Origin: a virus
Lineage: Duplodnaviria > Caudoviricetes
DNA length: 64,000 bases
Virus record (IMG/VR): IMGVR_UViG_3300035390_000014
Location: 32,001 to 96,000 of that record
Direction: 5' to 3' (one strand)
Part shown: positions 1 through 10,020 of the stretch, piece by piece
How the letters are laid out: every line of letters begins with the position of its first letter
How positions within the stretch are numbered: the first letter of the stretch is position 1
Program-made: the position numbers and the translations under genes
Notes under the pieces: generated by a model
Databases searched by the model: none
Seen by the model: only the letters and a program-made list of their open reading frames with translations
Told to the model about the DNA's origin: nothing

Positions 1-814
1 GAACTGCCGGAGTTTGATCAGGAGTATATCCAGTAGCTGTATCAGTTCGAGTCCAATCAAATTTTTCATTGAATTTACCCAAAGACTTTTTAGCAATCTC
101 TAAAACATTAAAGATTGACTGATTATCTAATGGAGCACCAGGGGTGAATGTAAATACATCCTTATCGCCATAAGCAGAAGGAGCTTTAGCCATTCCAACT
201 GTTGTAACAAATCTTTTATTGTTAACAGCAATCTTTTCAAACTCAAGACTTTCTGGAGATGAAGGTTCAAATAATGGAGCTGTGATATCTTTCTTATAAC
301 AATCAGCAAGATATTGAGATACATTATTATATTTCATTCCTTTACCTCTAAGGAATATAAATATTGGAGCACCTGTTTCTGCATGAGGAATTGGTTTTCC
401 AGTTACATCAACATAAATACCTGCCATAATAATTTGCTCTCTACATTGGTTACAAAAAGCATTAGCAGCTCTTTCCGCTGAGTTGGTACCACAAACTCGA
501 TTATTCCAACCATGCCAAGGAGGCTTTGGTTCTTTCTTAAAACTAAAACATGCAACCTTTGATTTACCTGCTTGATCTGTTTCGTTTTTAACAAGAATCT
601 TTTTAACATGGGTTATAACCATATTAGCGGAATCTTGATTATATTCAACCCCTCTAATCTGAAGTTTACCACCTTGCTCTGTAACACCAATATGATTTGG
701 TCTTGAATTACCAGCAATATATAATGAATGGAAAAATTCATCTTCTGGTTTCACTGGTTCTGTACTTTTATATCCTGTGGTTCCAAGGTCCGCATACTCA
801 TTAAAATCTGCCAT
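1..814 (-). CDS. Partial CDS running off the window start; possible phage single-stranded DNA-binding protein
   Basis: Not in the ORF track. Manual translation from ATG at 814 (AGGAG upstream) is open to base 1: MADFNEYADLGTTGYKSTEPVKPEDEFF...VACFSF...RVCGTNSAERAANAFCNQCREQ...IFLRGKG...FVTTVG. The SSB call rests only on the Cys-plus-beta-strand layout. Confidence 0.45.
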   Translation of the reverse strand, partial: MADFNEYADLGTTGYKSTEPVKPEDEFFHSLYIAGNSRPNHIGVTEQGGKLQIRGVEYNQDSANMVITHVKKILVKNETDQAGKSKVACFSFKKEPKPPWHGWNNRVCGTNSAERAANAFCNQCREQIIMAGIYVDVTGKPIPHAETGAPIFIFLRGKGMKYNNVSQYLADCYKKDITAPLFEPSSPESLEFEKIAVNNKRFVTTVGMAKAPSAYGDKDVFTFTPGAPLDNQSIFNVLEIAKKSLGKFNEKFDWTRTDTATGYTPDQTPAV

Positions 815-828
815 TTTTTTCTCCTAAA

Positions 829-1401
829 TTAATTATTTGGTATTAAACAAAAATTTGAAAGATTTCTATCTTCTGGTAATGTAACCAAATTAAATTCTGA
901 ATTAAACCAGCATTTCATATTTTGATCCAATAACTCTGTTGATAAAAACTTCCTTACGTTTTTATAATTTGGCAATGAAACCAAATTAGGGTCCTCAATT
1001 GTAATAGGAATAACTTTTCTAACTTTTTCATCAGTTATCTTCCCTACTATTAATTTAGGATGTGGGCAATATACAATTACTAATCTATTACCAACCATCC
1101 TAAAAATTTCGTTTTTGTAAAAGAAAACATTTGTATCTAAGTCAAATGCTACAGTATCTGCATTTAAAACTCTTTCAATTGAAGTATGCTGCCTGCATAA
1201 CATTCCAACTTTTTCTGAGCATATAGGACAATCCTTATAATCAATTTTATATTTTAATCCATTAATATGAAAATCGTCTTTCGCTGCTTTTGAAAAATAG
1301 CTTAATATTTTCCTTTTGTTTAATAGAAATTTAATTATTGTAATAGGATAAATATCACAATCTAACTTTTCTACAAACTTTTGTGTTGCAATTAATTTCA
1401 T
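829..1401 (-). CDS. Hypothetical protein with CxxC (CPICSEKVGMLCRQH)
   Basis: 190 aa ORF, co-oriented with neighbours, purine-rich RBS-like sequence upstream. Confidence 0.75.
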   Translation of the reverse strand: MKLIATQKFVEKLDCDIYPITIIKFLLNKRKILSYFSKAAKDDFHINGLKYKIDYKDCPICSEKVGMLCRQHTSIERVLNADTVAFDLDTNVFFYKNEIFRMVGNRLVIVYCPHPKLIVGKITDEKVRKVIPITIEDPNLVSLPNYKNVRKFLSTELLDQNMKCWFNSEFNLVTLPEDRNLSNFCLIPNN

Positions 1402-1761
1402 ATTTCAATCCTTTTTTTTAAGCGACAAAAAACGACAAAAAGTTTTAGTGTCCATTTAAAACCCATGCAACTAGTCAATGCCCTAAGAATATAACATATA
1501 AATCATAATACAATAAAGTATTAGATAGATATGAAATAAACTTAAGACATCAACTAATTGCATTAGTTTTTGTAAAAGATTTATTTGACGTTAAGATAAT
1601 AATTAGAATATCAAAGACAAGTCTTTAACGTTTAATAAACTAATTACTAACATTGATAAGAATATTATTAATATAAATGATATTATCTATATTAAATTAT
1701 ATCCGATTTTAGACTTAAATTGCAGATAGGTGACAACTGACCTATTACGATTTAACCAAGT

Positions 1762-1929
1762 TCATTTTTTAATTTTTTCTTCTAATCTTTTTAAATCTGT
1801 ATCATTAATTCTAATGCCGATAAATTTACTAATTTCTAATAATTGCTTTAAATCGGCCACATGAAGATAATTTATAATCTTATTCTTTATCTTCGTCACC
1901 AATTGTTTTAATGAACTTTGATTTGCCAT
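1762..1929 (-). CDS. Small hypothetical protein (55 aa)
   Basis: Manual translation MANQSSLKQLVTKIKNKIINYLHVADLKQLLEISKFIGIRINDTDLKRLEEKIKK; GGAAGGA upstream; below the ORF-track cut-off. Confidence 0.5.
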   Translation of the reverse strand: MANQSSLKQLVTKIKNKIINYLHVADLKQLLEISKFIGIRINDTDLKRLEEKIKK

Positions 1930-2128
1930 AGAGTCAGATCCTTCCTTTCCAAGATGAGCGCATTAATATAATCAATTTACCTCCTTTCCGACACAGGATA
2001 AGAATATAAAGAGTTTGTTAAAATCAGAATATGCTATTAACAAATTATATGTTATCCTTATGTGAGTTAAAATTGTGAGTTAATATTGAGTTTTTTGAGA
2101 GTTTTTTACTACAAACTTATGTGTTGCA

Positions 2129-2149
2129 TTATGTATATTAATATATATA
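2129..2149 (-). promoter_or_regulatory. 21-bp intergenic motif TATATATATTAATATACATAA, copy 1
   Basis: Identical copies at 15965-15985 and 44243-44263, all intergenic and upstream of minus-strand genes. Confidence 0.55.
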
Positions 2150-2170
2150 GTTCTCTGTTTTAAATAATAA

Positions 2171-2431
2171 TTATGATGTAAGCATAACAGGATTTATATA
2201 ATCATTTAAATTGAATAATAGATTACCTTTCTTGAATCCAGTATCAGCCATAGCAACTCTTTGCTTAACATTTTGAGGCATGTGCATATCATCAATGGTT
2301 ACTATAACTCCACCTTGAAATTTAAAAGTTATGCCATCTGGTGTTTCATCTACAGCCATAATTTCTTTTCTGCTAATAGTAAATTCTACTTTACCTCGTT
2401 TAACAGTTACCATATAATCTTGTTCATCCAT
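2171..2431 (-). CDS. Hypothetical protein
   Basis: 86 aa ORF, GAGGGG RBS, start overlaps the upstream stop. Confidence 0.75.
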   Translation of the reverse strand: MDEQDYMVTVKRGKVEFTISRKEIMAVDETPDGITFKFQGGVIVTIDDMHMPQNVKQRVAMADTGFKKGNLLFNLNDYINPVMLTS

Positions 2432-3023
2432 TTAATTTCCCCTCCGCTATTCGTAAATAAATTAACATTTTCTGTTTTTCGGTTGATGTAATAAACCAAT
2501 CCATAAGATCGTCTTTTATATATGTTCTAAGGAATAAAGAAACCATCTCAGATAAATCACGAGACTTAAGTTGATCTTCTATCTCAATTATCACCTGATC
2601 AGAATTTTTTTCACAGAATTTTTTTACATCAACTTTCCTTAAATCTGTTTTTAAATATCTCCAAACATCTCCAAAAAATTCTATATAATCATAATTTAGA
2701 AATTTTATTAAATCATAAACATTATTCATAGCTAATTGATGATCTAAATCTGGAGCTGGCAAAAATTCAAAATTATACACTTCCAATACTTTATTCAAAA
2801 TATTTAAACATAATCTTCTTTGATCAACAATTTCTTGAGCCTTTATATCATTCTTAACCATTGTATATGTTTCTTTGAATGTAGACGTACCAATGGAACT
2901 AACAAGTTCCATTCCGTCATATTCAATGGAAGCTTCATAATTCAATTTATTTTGATTTGGATCATCTTGTTCTGGTAAAGGCAAAGATGATCCAGTTAAG
3001 ATTTCTAAATTATCTACCGCCAT
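2424..3023 (-). CDS. Hypothetical protein (start revised to MAVDNLEIL...)
   Basis: The track start at 3134 lies deep inside the upstream gene; the ATG at 3023 has GGAG upstream and overlaps the end of that gene. Confidence 0.7.
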   Translation of the reverse strand: MAVDNLEILTGSSLPLPEQDDPNQNKLNYEASIEYDGMELVSSIGTSTFKETYTMVKNDIKAQEIVDQRRLCLNILNKVLEVYNFEFLPAPDLDHQLAMNNVYDLIKFLNYDYIEFFGDVWRYLKTDLRKVDVKKFCEKNSDQVIIEIEDQLKSRDLSEMVSLFLRTYIKDDLMDWFITSTEKQKMLIYLRIAEGKLNG

Positions 3024-3648
3024 ATTTATCTGTATCTCCACTATTAGCAGCAGATACATTTTTAGCACTAGTTCTATTAGCACCTGTATTAGCTCTAGTA
3101 TTAGTTCTAGTTCTTTCTCCTTGGTATTTATCATATTTATTTTTTAGTTGTTGACCTTTCTTTTTATAATATTGTCCTGCTACTTTTAGCGCTTTACCAC
3201 CTTCGTCCTTTACATATTTGCCAGATGTTTTTAAACTCTTATTGATATTCTTACCAACGGCATTACCCATAGCAGTTGCTTTTTTGTCAAATGCTTCACC
3301 TTTTTTAGCAATAGTTCTACCAGCTTTTTTAATTTTAGATTTAGTTTGATCCCAACCAACCTTAGCTTGTGACATAGGAGTGTTGTTTTTCTTATCAGCA
3401 GCATGCATAGCATCTAGTGCAGTTCTTCTTCGAGCAGTTGCTGTACTATGTTTTGCAGCTTTATTTTTGTCGTATACTTTTTTACCCTGATAAGCAGCAG
3501 CACCGGCAACACCGGCGGCAGCAGCAGCAGTGCCAGCAATGATTTTACCTTTATGATCTCTCCAAAGTTTTTTTGTTGCATCCCATATTTTACCTTCTTG
3601 TAATTCTTCGTCTTGTACCGATTCCAAATATATATCTACCATTTTCAT
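3010..3648 (-). CDS. Basic, Gly/Ala-helix protein; predicted head-packaged protein
   Basis: N-terminal YLESVQDEELQE/G, then GTAAAAAGVAGAAAY followed by a Lys-rich tail. Confidence 0.7.
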   Translation of the reverse strand: MKMVDIYLESVQDEELQEGKIWDATKKLWRDHKGKIIAGTAAAAAGVAGAAAYQGKKVYDKNKAAKHSTATARRRTALDAMHAADKKNNTPMSQAKVGWDQTKSKIKKAGRTIAKKGEAFDKKATAMGNAVGKNINKSLKTSGKYVKDEGGKALKVAGQYYKKKGQQLKNKYDKYQGERTRTNTRANTGANRTSAKNVSAANSGDTDKYGGR

Positions 3649-3684
3649 AATAAGTAACTCCTTTATTTTAATTAATTATATCAT

Positions 3685-3700
3685 TTATAATATGTTCTAA
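3685..3700 (-). promoter_or_regulatory. Putative phage promoter (AGAACATATTATAA)
   Basis: One of about 10 intergenic copies oriented with the downstream gene. Confidence 0.6.
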
Positions 3701-3707
3701 TTTTTTT

Positions 3708-4034
3708 TTAATAAAAAATCTTTAATACAGCATTTCCTAAATCTGGGATTCTGTCCATACCCTCTGTTTTCATATCTAATTTATATATAGTATTTAATGT
3801 TTCAACTATACCAGTTTCTCTGTCCAGATTAATTATATAAGTTGACCTCATATGATACCCAGGAACCCACCTACCTGTTGGATCATCTACAACTGTTCCT
3901 GTAAACATAACTGGATAAATTTTATTATCTTTCAATTCAGGAAAATGTTCCCAAAATAAATCCATATGTTCTTCTGGTACTTCTATATGATGTAATTGCC
4001 AATTCTCAATTTTTCCGCCATCTTTCTTATCCAT
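3708..4034 (-). CDS. Hypothetical protein
   Basis: 108 aa ORF with AGGAG RBS; GYHMRST...IVETLNTIYKL motif of a small beta-rich phage protein type. Confidence 0.75.
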   Translation of the reverse strand: MDKKDGGKIENWQLHHIEVPEEHMDLFWEHFPELKDNKIYPVMFTGTVVDDPTGRWVPGYHMRSTYIINLDRETGIVETLNTIYKLDMKTEGMDRIPDLGNAVLKIFY

Positions 4035-4085
4035 TGTATTCTCCTATTCTATATATATTACTTACTAAGTTCCACTTTATGATTA

Positions 4086-4346
4086 TTACTTACTTTTATC
4101 TGATACTTGTTTATTTAATTTTGCTTTCCAATATCTTGAAATTGAATCCTGTTTAGTTGGATTTTTCATTCCTTTAGATTTCCAGTATGCAGCTTTTCCT
4201 GTCTCATGTCTTTTTTTAGCAGCTGGATTATTTTTCATTCTTTGCTTCCAATCGCTTACACTTCCAGTTCTTGCTCTTGCTGCTGCTGTTGCTATTGCTG
4301 ATATTCCCTCAACTACTTCTTTTTTTAGCAATAAATAAAATATCAA
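4086..4346 (-). CDS. Small basic protein (TTG start, or frameshifted C-terminus of 4309-4866)
   Basis: EVVE/GISAIATAAARAR... resembles the protease-site pattern. The A7 run at 4320-4326 would fuse it to the upstream ORF if it were A6. Confidence 0.5.
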   Translation of the reverse strand: MIFYLLLKKEVVEGISAIATAAARARTGSVSDWKQRMKNNPAAKKRHETGKAAYWKSKGMKNPTKQDSISRYWKAKLNKQVSDKSK

Positions 4347-4866
4347 ATATATAAAAAATTAAATCAATCATAAGAAATAAAGCCATATAAACAACAAATG
4401 GAGTACCACCTGCTGCTGAAAAAAATGCAGCGATTACAATACTCAATAGCATATTTACCCATAAATTTTTATTTGCTCGGTCCCAATCTATAACAGTTTT
4501 ATTGATCTGTCTAGCAATAGATTTTATTTGCTTTTCATCTTTGGCTGCAATAGCTACAAGAGATTCTAATGGAGCTTTTATTTTAGCAGGCACATTTTTT
4601 AATTCTTTTGCAGCAAATTTTCTCTTTTTTTCATAATTAGGAATATTTTTTTTAGCCGCTTCATCAACTCTTTTAGGATCCATTTTAGGAACATGGGCTG
4701 TAATTTTTTTAAAACTTTCAATATCTTTTACACCTTTTAGTTTAGTAACTAAAGATTTAGCTTTATCACCAATATTTTTTTTAACAAAATCTCCAAATCC
4801 TTCTTGAATTAAATTTAAATCCTCTTGTAAGTAACTTTCCTGTAAATAACTTTGTGTATCAATCAT
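4309..4866 (-). CDS. Predicted head-packaged membrane protein with two C-terminal TM helices
   Basis: MIDTQSYLQESYLQEDLNLIQE/G N-terminus; hydrophobic LWVNMLLSIVIAAFF...VVYMALFLMIDLIFYIF. Confidence 0.7.
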   Translation of the reverse strand: MIDTQSYLQESYLQEDLNLIQEGFGDFVKKNIGDKAKSLVTKLKGVKDIESFKKITAHVPKMDPKRVDEAAKKNIPNYEKKRKFAAKELKNVPAKIKAPLESLVAIAAKDEKQIKSIARQINKTVIDWDRANKNLWVNMLLSIVIAAFFSAAGGTPFVVYMALFLMIDLIFYIFDILFIAKKRSS

Positions 4867-4869
4867 AAT

Positions 4870-7800
4870 TTATCTCCATATCATTAAACTAATAAAATAA
4901 CTATTTAATAAATCTCTTACTGGTGATGCTTTGGGGTTTCTATATTTTGCACTACCTGTTTGTATAATATCTGATAATATTTCATTTTTTGTTTGAATGT
5001 CATCGCTTAGTGGTCCAAAAAATTCAGCAAGCAAATTTGGACAATTATATGATATAAAACTATAAGTATCAAGCTCACCCATTCTTTGTCCACCTTCACG
5101 TTTCTTACCAGCAGTAGGTTGAAATGTTTTGCTAGTCATTGGACCTGTTGATCGAGCATGAAGTTTATCCTTTGCAATATGTTCTAGTTTTAATATATAC
5201 ATGTACCCTATTGGCACTTTACTTTTTGTCTTAGTATTAAATTCTGGTAAAGACAAATTATAGCCTGATTTAAGGCCCAGTGATTTTAAACATGCTATTA
5301 TTTCTTTATAAGCAGGAGCTTTAAAAGGAGGAATTAAAATAGTCATACTACCTGAATCTTTAACTTGTTTCATAAATGTTTTAAATCGAACATCATTCAA
5401 TGCTTTAAATTTATTAATTAAATTTGTACTAAATTCTTTATTTTTTGTCATATCAAGATTTGGTAAAACTTTATGTAATAAAGCAATTACTTTAGGTTTA
5501 TCATTCAATTTAATTATTTGTCTACCTAATTCTTTTGAAATTAAACCGGTATATAATTCATATAGCTGACCAATATTCATACGACCAACTACACCGATAG
5601 GGTTTAAAATAATATCAACTTGATCTCCTGTTGGTGTTCTAGGCATAAGCTCATCCTTTTCGATAAGAGAAACAATACCCTTTGCTCCATGTCTATTGGT
5701 TAATTTATCACCAACTCCTACAGGCAATTCTTGCTCTAATTTAAACCTAATCATTACACCTGGAATAGTATCTCCTTTATGAGAAAACTTTTCATTATCT
5801 TTTAATCCATATCTTGTTCTTGTTCTTTTAGACAATTTATCTAATTCAGGAAATTTTCCTTCCTTTAGATTATTAAATACTTCTATATCAACTATTTTTC
5901 CACCAGGTGATTTTTTAATTAAATGGCCAGATACTATTTCAGTTCCTTCTTCATCTTCATCAAATCCAATTAATTGTTCAATTTCACCAATACTTTTTCT
6001 TAATAAAGGTTCGCCTTTTATAGTATCTTTTCCTAATTCATTTATAAAAACAACTCTATCTTCTTTGCCAATTTCAACTTCCTCTACTATACCATGTAAT
6101 GAATTAAGAACTCCCTCCCTTACAATTCTTTCAGATAATACAATACCATCCTCAAAATTAAATCCTTTGTATGGCATTAATGCAACACACATACTTCTAC
6201 CTAATGCAATCGCACCACCTGAAACACAAGACCCTTCTGCAATAATAGATTTTTCTTTTACAACTGATCCGGCCTTTACTGTAGGTTTAAAAACACTTAA
6301 TGTATCCTTTCCAGATCCAGATCTTAAATGAACAGGAGTTACTGGTATAACTTTATTGCCTCCAGTACTACATTGAATATATATAGCATCATCAGTTACT
6401 TTAGTTACTTTTCCATTACAAGGAGATTTTTTAATAAAGTCATCTGATAAAACACTTGTTAATATAGATTCATATCCTGATTGAATCATTGGTTGTTCTG
6501 GGTTTCTTAATGGAACCGCTTGTCTCATTTGACTACAACCAAACATTACTCTGTTCCCATCATCATTTTCAACAAATGGAATTTGAGCAGCTGTAGTTGA
6601 TAACATCCCAGAGTTCTCACCTTCTTTTTTCTCTTTGGATTGTATAATACCTCTTGCTGATGTTATAAAAGCATCAACAGTTAGCTGTTGTACAATACCA
6701 ACATTTTCACCTTCTGGTGTATCAAGTGTATCAATATTACCAAACATTGAGTCATGAACATTACGACCAGCATTTTGAATAGCTTGTTTATCAGGAATAC
6801 CACCAACGGCTTTACCTACTGGTGACACTCTTGTTTTAGTAGCCATTTCCTCAATAGGATTAGCATATTCCATATCAGCAACAATTTCTGAGTTAATAAA
6901 ATCGCTTAATACTTTGGTTTGAGAGATATCAAATATAGCTTTTTTATTACCAGATAGTACTTGTTCTTTATATTCAGTATGAGCTGCTAAAATTTGTTTT
7001 TGAGCAAGATGAACTATAACCTCAGAGTTTCTTATTCTCTGATTAGATACATCATTTCTTTTTTGTGTAAATCCTTCTACAACTTTAGTTGACATATATT
7101 TCATTATCAAATGTAATTCACTTGGTAATTGTTGATTAATTAATACTTGTTTTGCAACAGGATCAACTATATTTTCTAAATTGGATTGAATTAAGAATGT
7201 TGAATTAATACGGCCAGACATTTTAATAATTAAATTATTAAAATATTCATGAGATAAAAATTCTCCATTAATTTTTAATGAACTAATATCGACATGAATC
7301 AGTGATTGTACAATTTCTTCTTTTAGCTTCGTGTTAATATTTTCAAACAAAATCCATTGTTTATCATCAACTTTAACACTCCATTTGGTCTCTTTATCAG
7401 GTCTTTGGTCTGTTATCTTATACCTAATATCATATAATTGACATGACTCTTTAAAACCAAAACTGAAGCCTAAAAGGACTAATATTGGGACTTTATACGA
7501 TCCAATGTAAGCTTCTAAATATTCTTCCCTCTTAGTTCTTTTACTCCATATATGGAAAGTTGAATAAGAACTTTCAAATTTACTATCGTATAATTTAGGA
7601 AATGTTATTGGACATAAAACTAACTGATTAATAAGACATTTCTTTTTACCATTAATTTTAAAAGTTCCATCATTAGAAACATTAGGAACATCTAATAATA
7701 TTTCATGTTCTCTTTTAAATTTATCAACAACAACTACATGAATAGTACTAATATCAGATGGAGATAGATCGCCCGGTCTAATATGTTTCTTAACAACCTT

Positions 7801-8961
7801 AACACTTTTAAATGTTAATGGAACACCTTTTGTTTCCAAAACTTTAAATGAATTAACAATATCTTTCTTTAAATTTGTTTCAAAGTCAATTTTTCTTTTT
7901 TCAAAAATATGCTCAGGAGATTTATTTCCAACAGCTTTAGCTACATTGGATAATTGGATAACAATGTCTTCTGATGTGGATTCTGTTTTCTTAGGTTCCA
8001 ATAATTCATCTACATATTTTTTATCAATAACTTTCAATCCCATTGTTTTTTTAGAATCTGGAATACTAACTGCAGTTTGACGAGCTTTAATCATATCACC
8101 AGTTGATCTATATAATGCAGAAGCTATTGCTATATCTTTAGCATCATTATTTGTTAATTCATTGTTATGTGTTTTATCCAGTGATTTAGGATTTTTTTCA
8201 AAGAATTTTTGAATAGATTGTTTGAATTTAGATTTATTAGAAGGATCGATATCGCCTTCTATTTTTTTAATAATTATATTAGATGCTGTCTCTACTTTAC
8301 CATCAACTTCTTCTTCACCATCAATAACTTTGATATTTTTAAGATATAGATTAACTTTATTAAATTTTACATCTCTGTTTTTTATTAGTAGTCTATAACG
8401 GGAAGATGAATCACTAATAGTATTCATTATCAAATGATCATAATATAAATTATTTTTTTTAATTTCTAATATAAATGGGAACATTTTTCTATCAATATAT
8501 TTTGGAACATTTTTAGTTGCATCAACCGAGTATATAAATACTTTTTCATAACTATTTGGAAATGAACTAAAAATTTTATCAACTATATTTTTTAAAAGAA
8601 ACCCACCTCTTGCTCTATAGTTTTTCATTTTATATGATTCTTCCATTGATTGTAAAAACGGACTAAGATCATATATCAAATTCTGTCCTTGAGGTATTGC
8701 TTGAATCGAACTTGAGGCAACCAATCCATGAGCCTTATAAGTATTTTTAATTTCCGGAGTCATAGAACTAAATGGTATTTTAGTTTTTGGGATAATAACC
8801 TTTTTTGCATCAACTCGTAATAAATTCAATTTTGAATAATCATCTACAAATGTCGAATTTTCACTAAAGTAAACAATCAAAAAAGGATTCTTCTGAATTT
8901 GCGGAAATCTAATACCATTAACCACATGAGTAAATGGTTTCAGTGCTTTAAATTGAATCAT
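4870..8961 (-). CDS. rpoB: DNA-directed RNA polymerase beta subunit (single chain) with an N-terminal extension of about 300 aa
   Basis: Motifs GTFKING, DTPEGENVGI, DDGNRVMFGCSQMRQAVPL, GFNFEDGI, VGDKLTNRHGAKG, NPIGVVGRMNIGQ, GYMYILKL, GGQRMGELD. Confidence 0.97.
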   Translation of the reverse strand: MIQFKALKPFTHVVNGIRFPQIQKNPFLIVYFSENSTFVDDYSKLNLLRVDAKKVIIPKTKIPFSSMTPEIKNTYKAHGLVASSSIQAIPQGQNLIYDLSPFLQSMEESYKMKNYRARGGFLLKNIVDKIFSSFPNSYEKVFIYSVDATKNVPKYIDRKMFPFILEIKKNNLYYDHLIMNTISDSSSRYRLLIKNRDVKFNKVNLYLKNIKVIDGEEEVDGKVETASNIIIKKIEGDIDPSNKSKFKQSIQKFFEKNPKSLDKTHNNELTNNDAKDIAIASALYRSTGDMIKARQTAVSIPDSKKTMGLKVIDKKYVDELLEPKKTESTSEDIVIQLSNVAKAVGNKSPEHIFEKRKIDFETNLKKDIVNSFKVLETKGVPLTFKSVKVVKKHIRPGDLSPSDISTIHVVVVDKFKREHEILLDVPNVSNDGTFKINGKKKCLINQLVLCPITFPKLYDSKFESSYSTFHIWSKRTKREEYLEAYIGSYKVPILVLLGFSFGFKESCQLYDIRYKITDQRPDKETKWSVKVDDKQWILFENINTKLKEEIVQSLIHVDISSLKINGEFLSHEYFNNLIIKMSGRINSTFLIQSNLENIVDPVAKQVLINQQLPSELHLIMKYMSTKVVEGFTQKRNDVSNQRIRNSEVIVHLAQKQILAAHTEYKEQVLSGNKKAIFDISQTKVLSDFINSEIVADMEYANPIEEMATKTRVSPVGKAVGGIPDKQAIQNAGRNVHDSMFGNIDTLDTPEGENVGIVQQLTVDAFITSARGIIQSKEKKEGENSGMLSTTAAQIPFVENDDGNRVMFGCSQMRQAVPLRNPEQPMIQSGYESILTSVLSDDFIKKSPCNGKVTKVTDDAIYIQCSTGGNKVIPVTPVHLRSGSGKDTLSVFKPTVKAGSVVKEKSIIAEGSCVSGGAIALGRSMCVALMPYKGFNFEDGIVLSERIVREGVLNSLHGIVEEVEIGKEDRVVFINELGKDTIKGEPLLRKSIGEIEQLIGFDEDEEGTEIVSGHLIKKSPGGKIVDIEVFNNLKEGKFPELDKLSKRTRTRYGLKDNEKFSHKGDTIPGVMIRFKLEQELPVGVGDKLTNRHGAKGIVSLIEKDELMPRTPTGDQVDIILNPIGVVGRMNIGQLYELYTGLISKELGRQIIKLNDKPKVIALLHKVLPNLDMTKNKEFSTNLINKFKALNDVRFKTFMKQVKDSGSMTILIPPFKAPAYKEIIACLKSLGLKSGYNLSLPEFNTKTKSKVPIGYMYILKLEHIAKDKLHARSTGPMTSKTFQPTAGKKREGGQRMGELDTYSFISYNCPNLLAEFFGPLSDDIQTKNEILSDIIQTGSAKYRNPKASPVRDLLNSYFISLMIWR

Positions 8962-9304
8962 CTTTATCCTCGTAGTTGTCTAATTTTACTAAATCATTTT
9001 CTATTAATAATGTCCCTAAATCTGATCCATCTGATAGAGTGACATAAGCTTCATATCTACTATATACAGCTGATTTAACAGATGTTAAAGTAACTTCTTT
9101 ATTTAACAATAATGGTGTAACAAAATCTGTAGCTCTTTTACCATGTTCTCTTTCTGATTCTGTTTTTGGTCTCCATGTTTCAGGAGTATCAACATCTTTT
9201 AATCTGAATCTTTGTTTAGTTGTAATAGTAAATCCAAGATCGACAGTAGCATCAAAAGTATCACCATCAACAATATTAGTTACATATGCTTTATAATTAT
9301 ACAT
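8948..9304 (-). CDS. Thermonuclease (SNase-like)
   Basis: IVDGDTFDATVDLGF, RFRLKDVDTPET and YSRYEAYV match the staphylococcal nuclease layout. Confidence 0.88.
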   Translation of the reverse strand: MYNYKAYVTNIVDGDTFDATVDLGFTITTKQRFRLKDVDTPETWRPKTESEREHGKRATDFVTPLLLNKEVTLTSVKSAVYSRYEAYVTLSDGSDLGTLLIENDLVKLDNYEDKDDSI

Positions 9305-9999
9305 TATTCACCTTCCTTCATTCTTCCTGGAGTTCCTAAGAATGTCCACATAAAAGATATTGTACTAAGAACTAATAATACTCCAGCTACTAATAAAAAA
9401 CCGCCAGTCATACCAAGAGCAACAACACTACCCCCAAACAATGCCCCTATTAAATATGTCATAAAACCTCCTATAAAAGATAATACTCCATATACAGTAA
9501 AATTTAAAGAAGAAGAATAAGGACCTTTTGTAGTAGATGTTATTGATTTTTCTATATCTTTTAGAACTTGCTCAGAAACTTGTTTAAAAGGTTGCTTTTT
9601 AATTTTAGAATTAATCATCATTACAATCAATATTGGTATTATAGCACCAGACATTGTCAAAACACTAGCCTGACCTAATGCTGCAAAAGCTCTTGAAATA
9701 TTAACGGATGCCTTCTTAACTGCTTTCAAATCAATATCCATGTCATTAGCTAATTTATATACTTTGCTATTTAATTCTTTTTCAGGTTTAACAAAGTTTT
9801 TATGTCTGCCAACAAAAGTTTCCATTTGTTTATCATTTTTAATAGAGCTAATTTTTTTTAACATATCTTTTAATTTATTAGCAGGCATGGTAGATTCATT
9901 TAATATATTATCAACACTATAATTATTATATATTTCTAACAACTCACTATATATATCATTATTAAATAAAGCGTTTAATTCATAATTGTAATTATTCAT
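9304..9999 (-). CDS. Predicted head-packaged membrane protein
   Basis: ILNE/S site; hydrophobic helices at the middle and C-terminus; architecture like 4309-4866. Confidence 0.65.
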   Translation of the reverse strand: MNNYNYELNALFNNDIYSELLEIYNNYSVDNILNESTMPANKLKDMLKKISSIKNDKQMETFVGRHKNFVKPEKELNSKVYKLANDMDIDLKAVKKASVNISRAFAALGQASVLTMSGAIIPILIVMMINSKIKKQPFKQVSEQVLKDIEKSITSTTKGPYSSSLNFTVYGVLSFIGGFMTYLIGALFGGSVVALGMTGGFLLVAGVLLVLSTISFMWTFLGTPGRMKEGE

Positions 10000-10020
10000 A
10001 CTACCACCCTCTTATATTAT

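Noticed and set aside
1725-1764. Read-through of the TGA ending 1762-1929, given a downstream hairpin
   Set aside because: The codon is not at a Cys-like position, the loop does not start with G, and the extension has no recognisable motif. More likely a weak terminator-like hairpin.
2061-2100. Short TGTGAGTTAA direct repeats as an operator
   Set aside because: Only two good 10-bp copies and no recurrence elsewhere; insufficient support.
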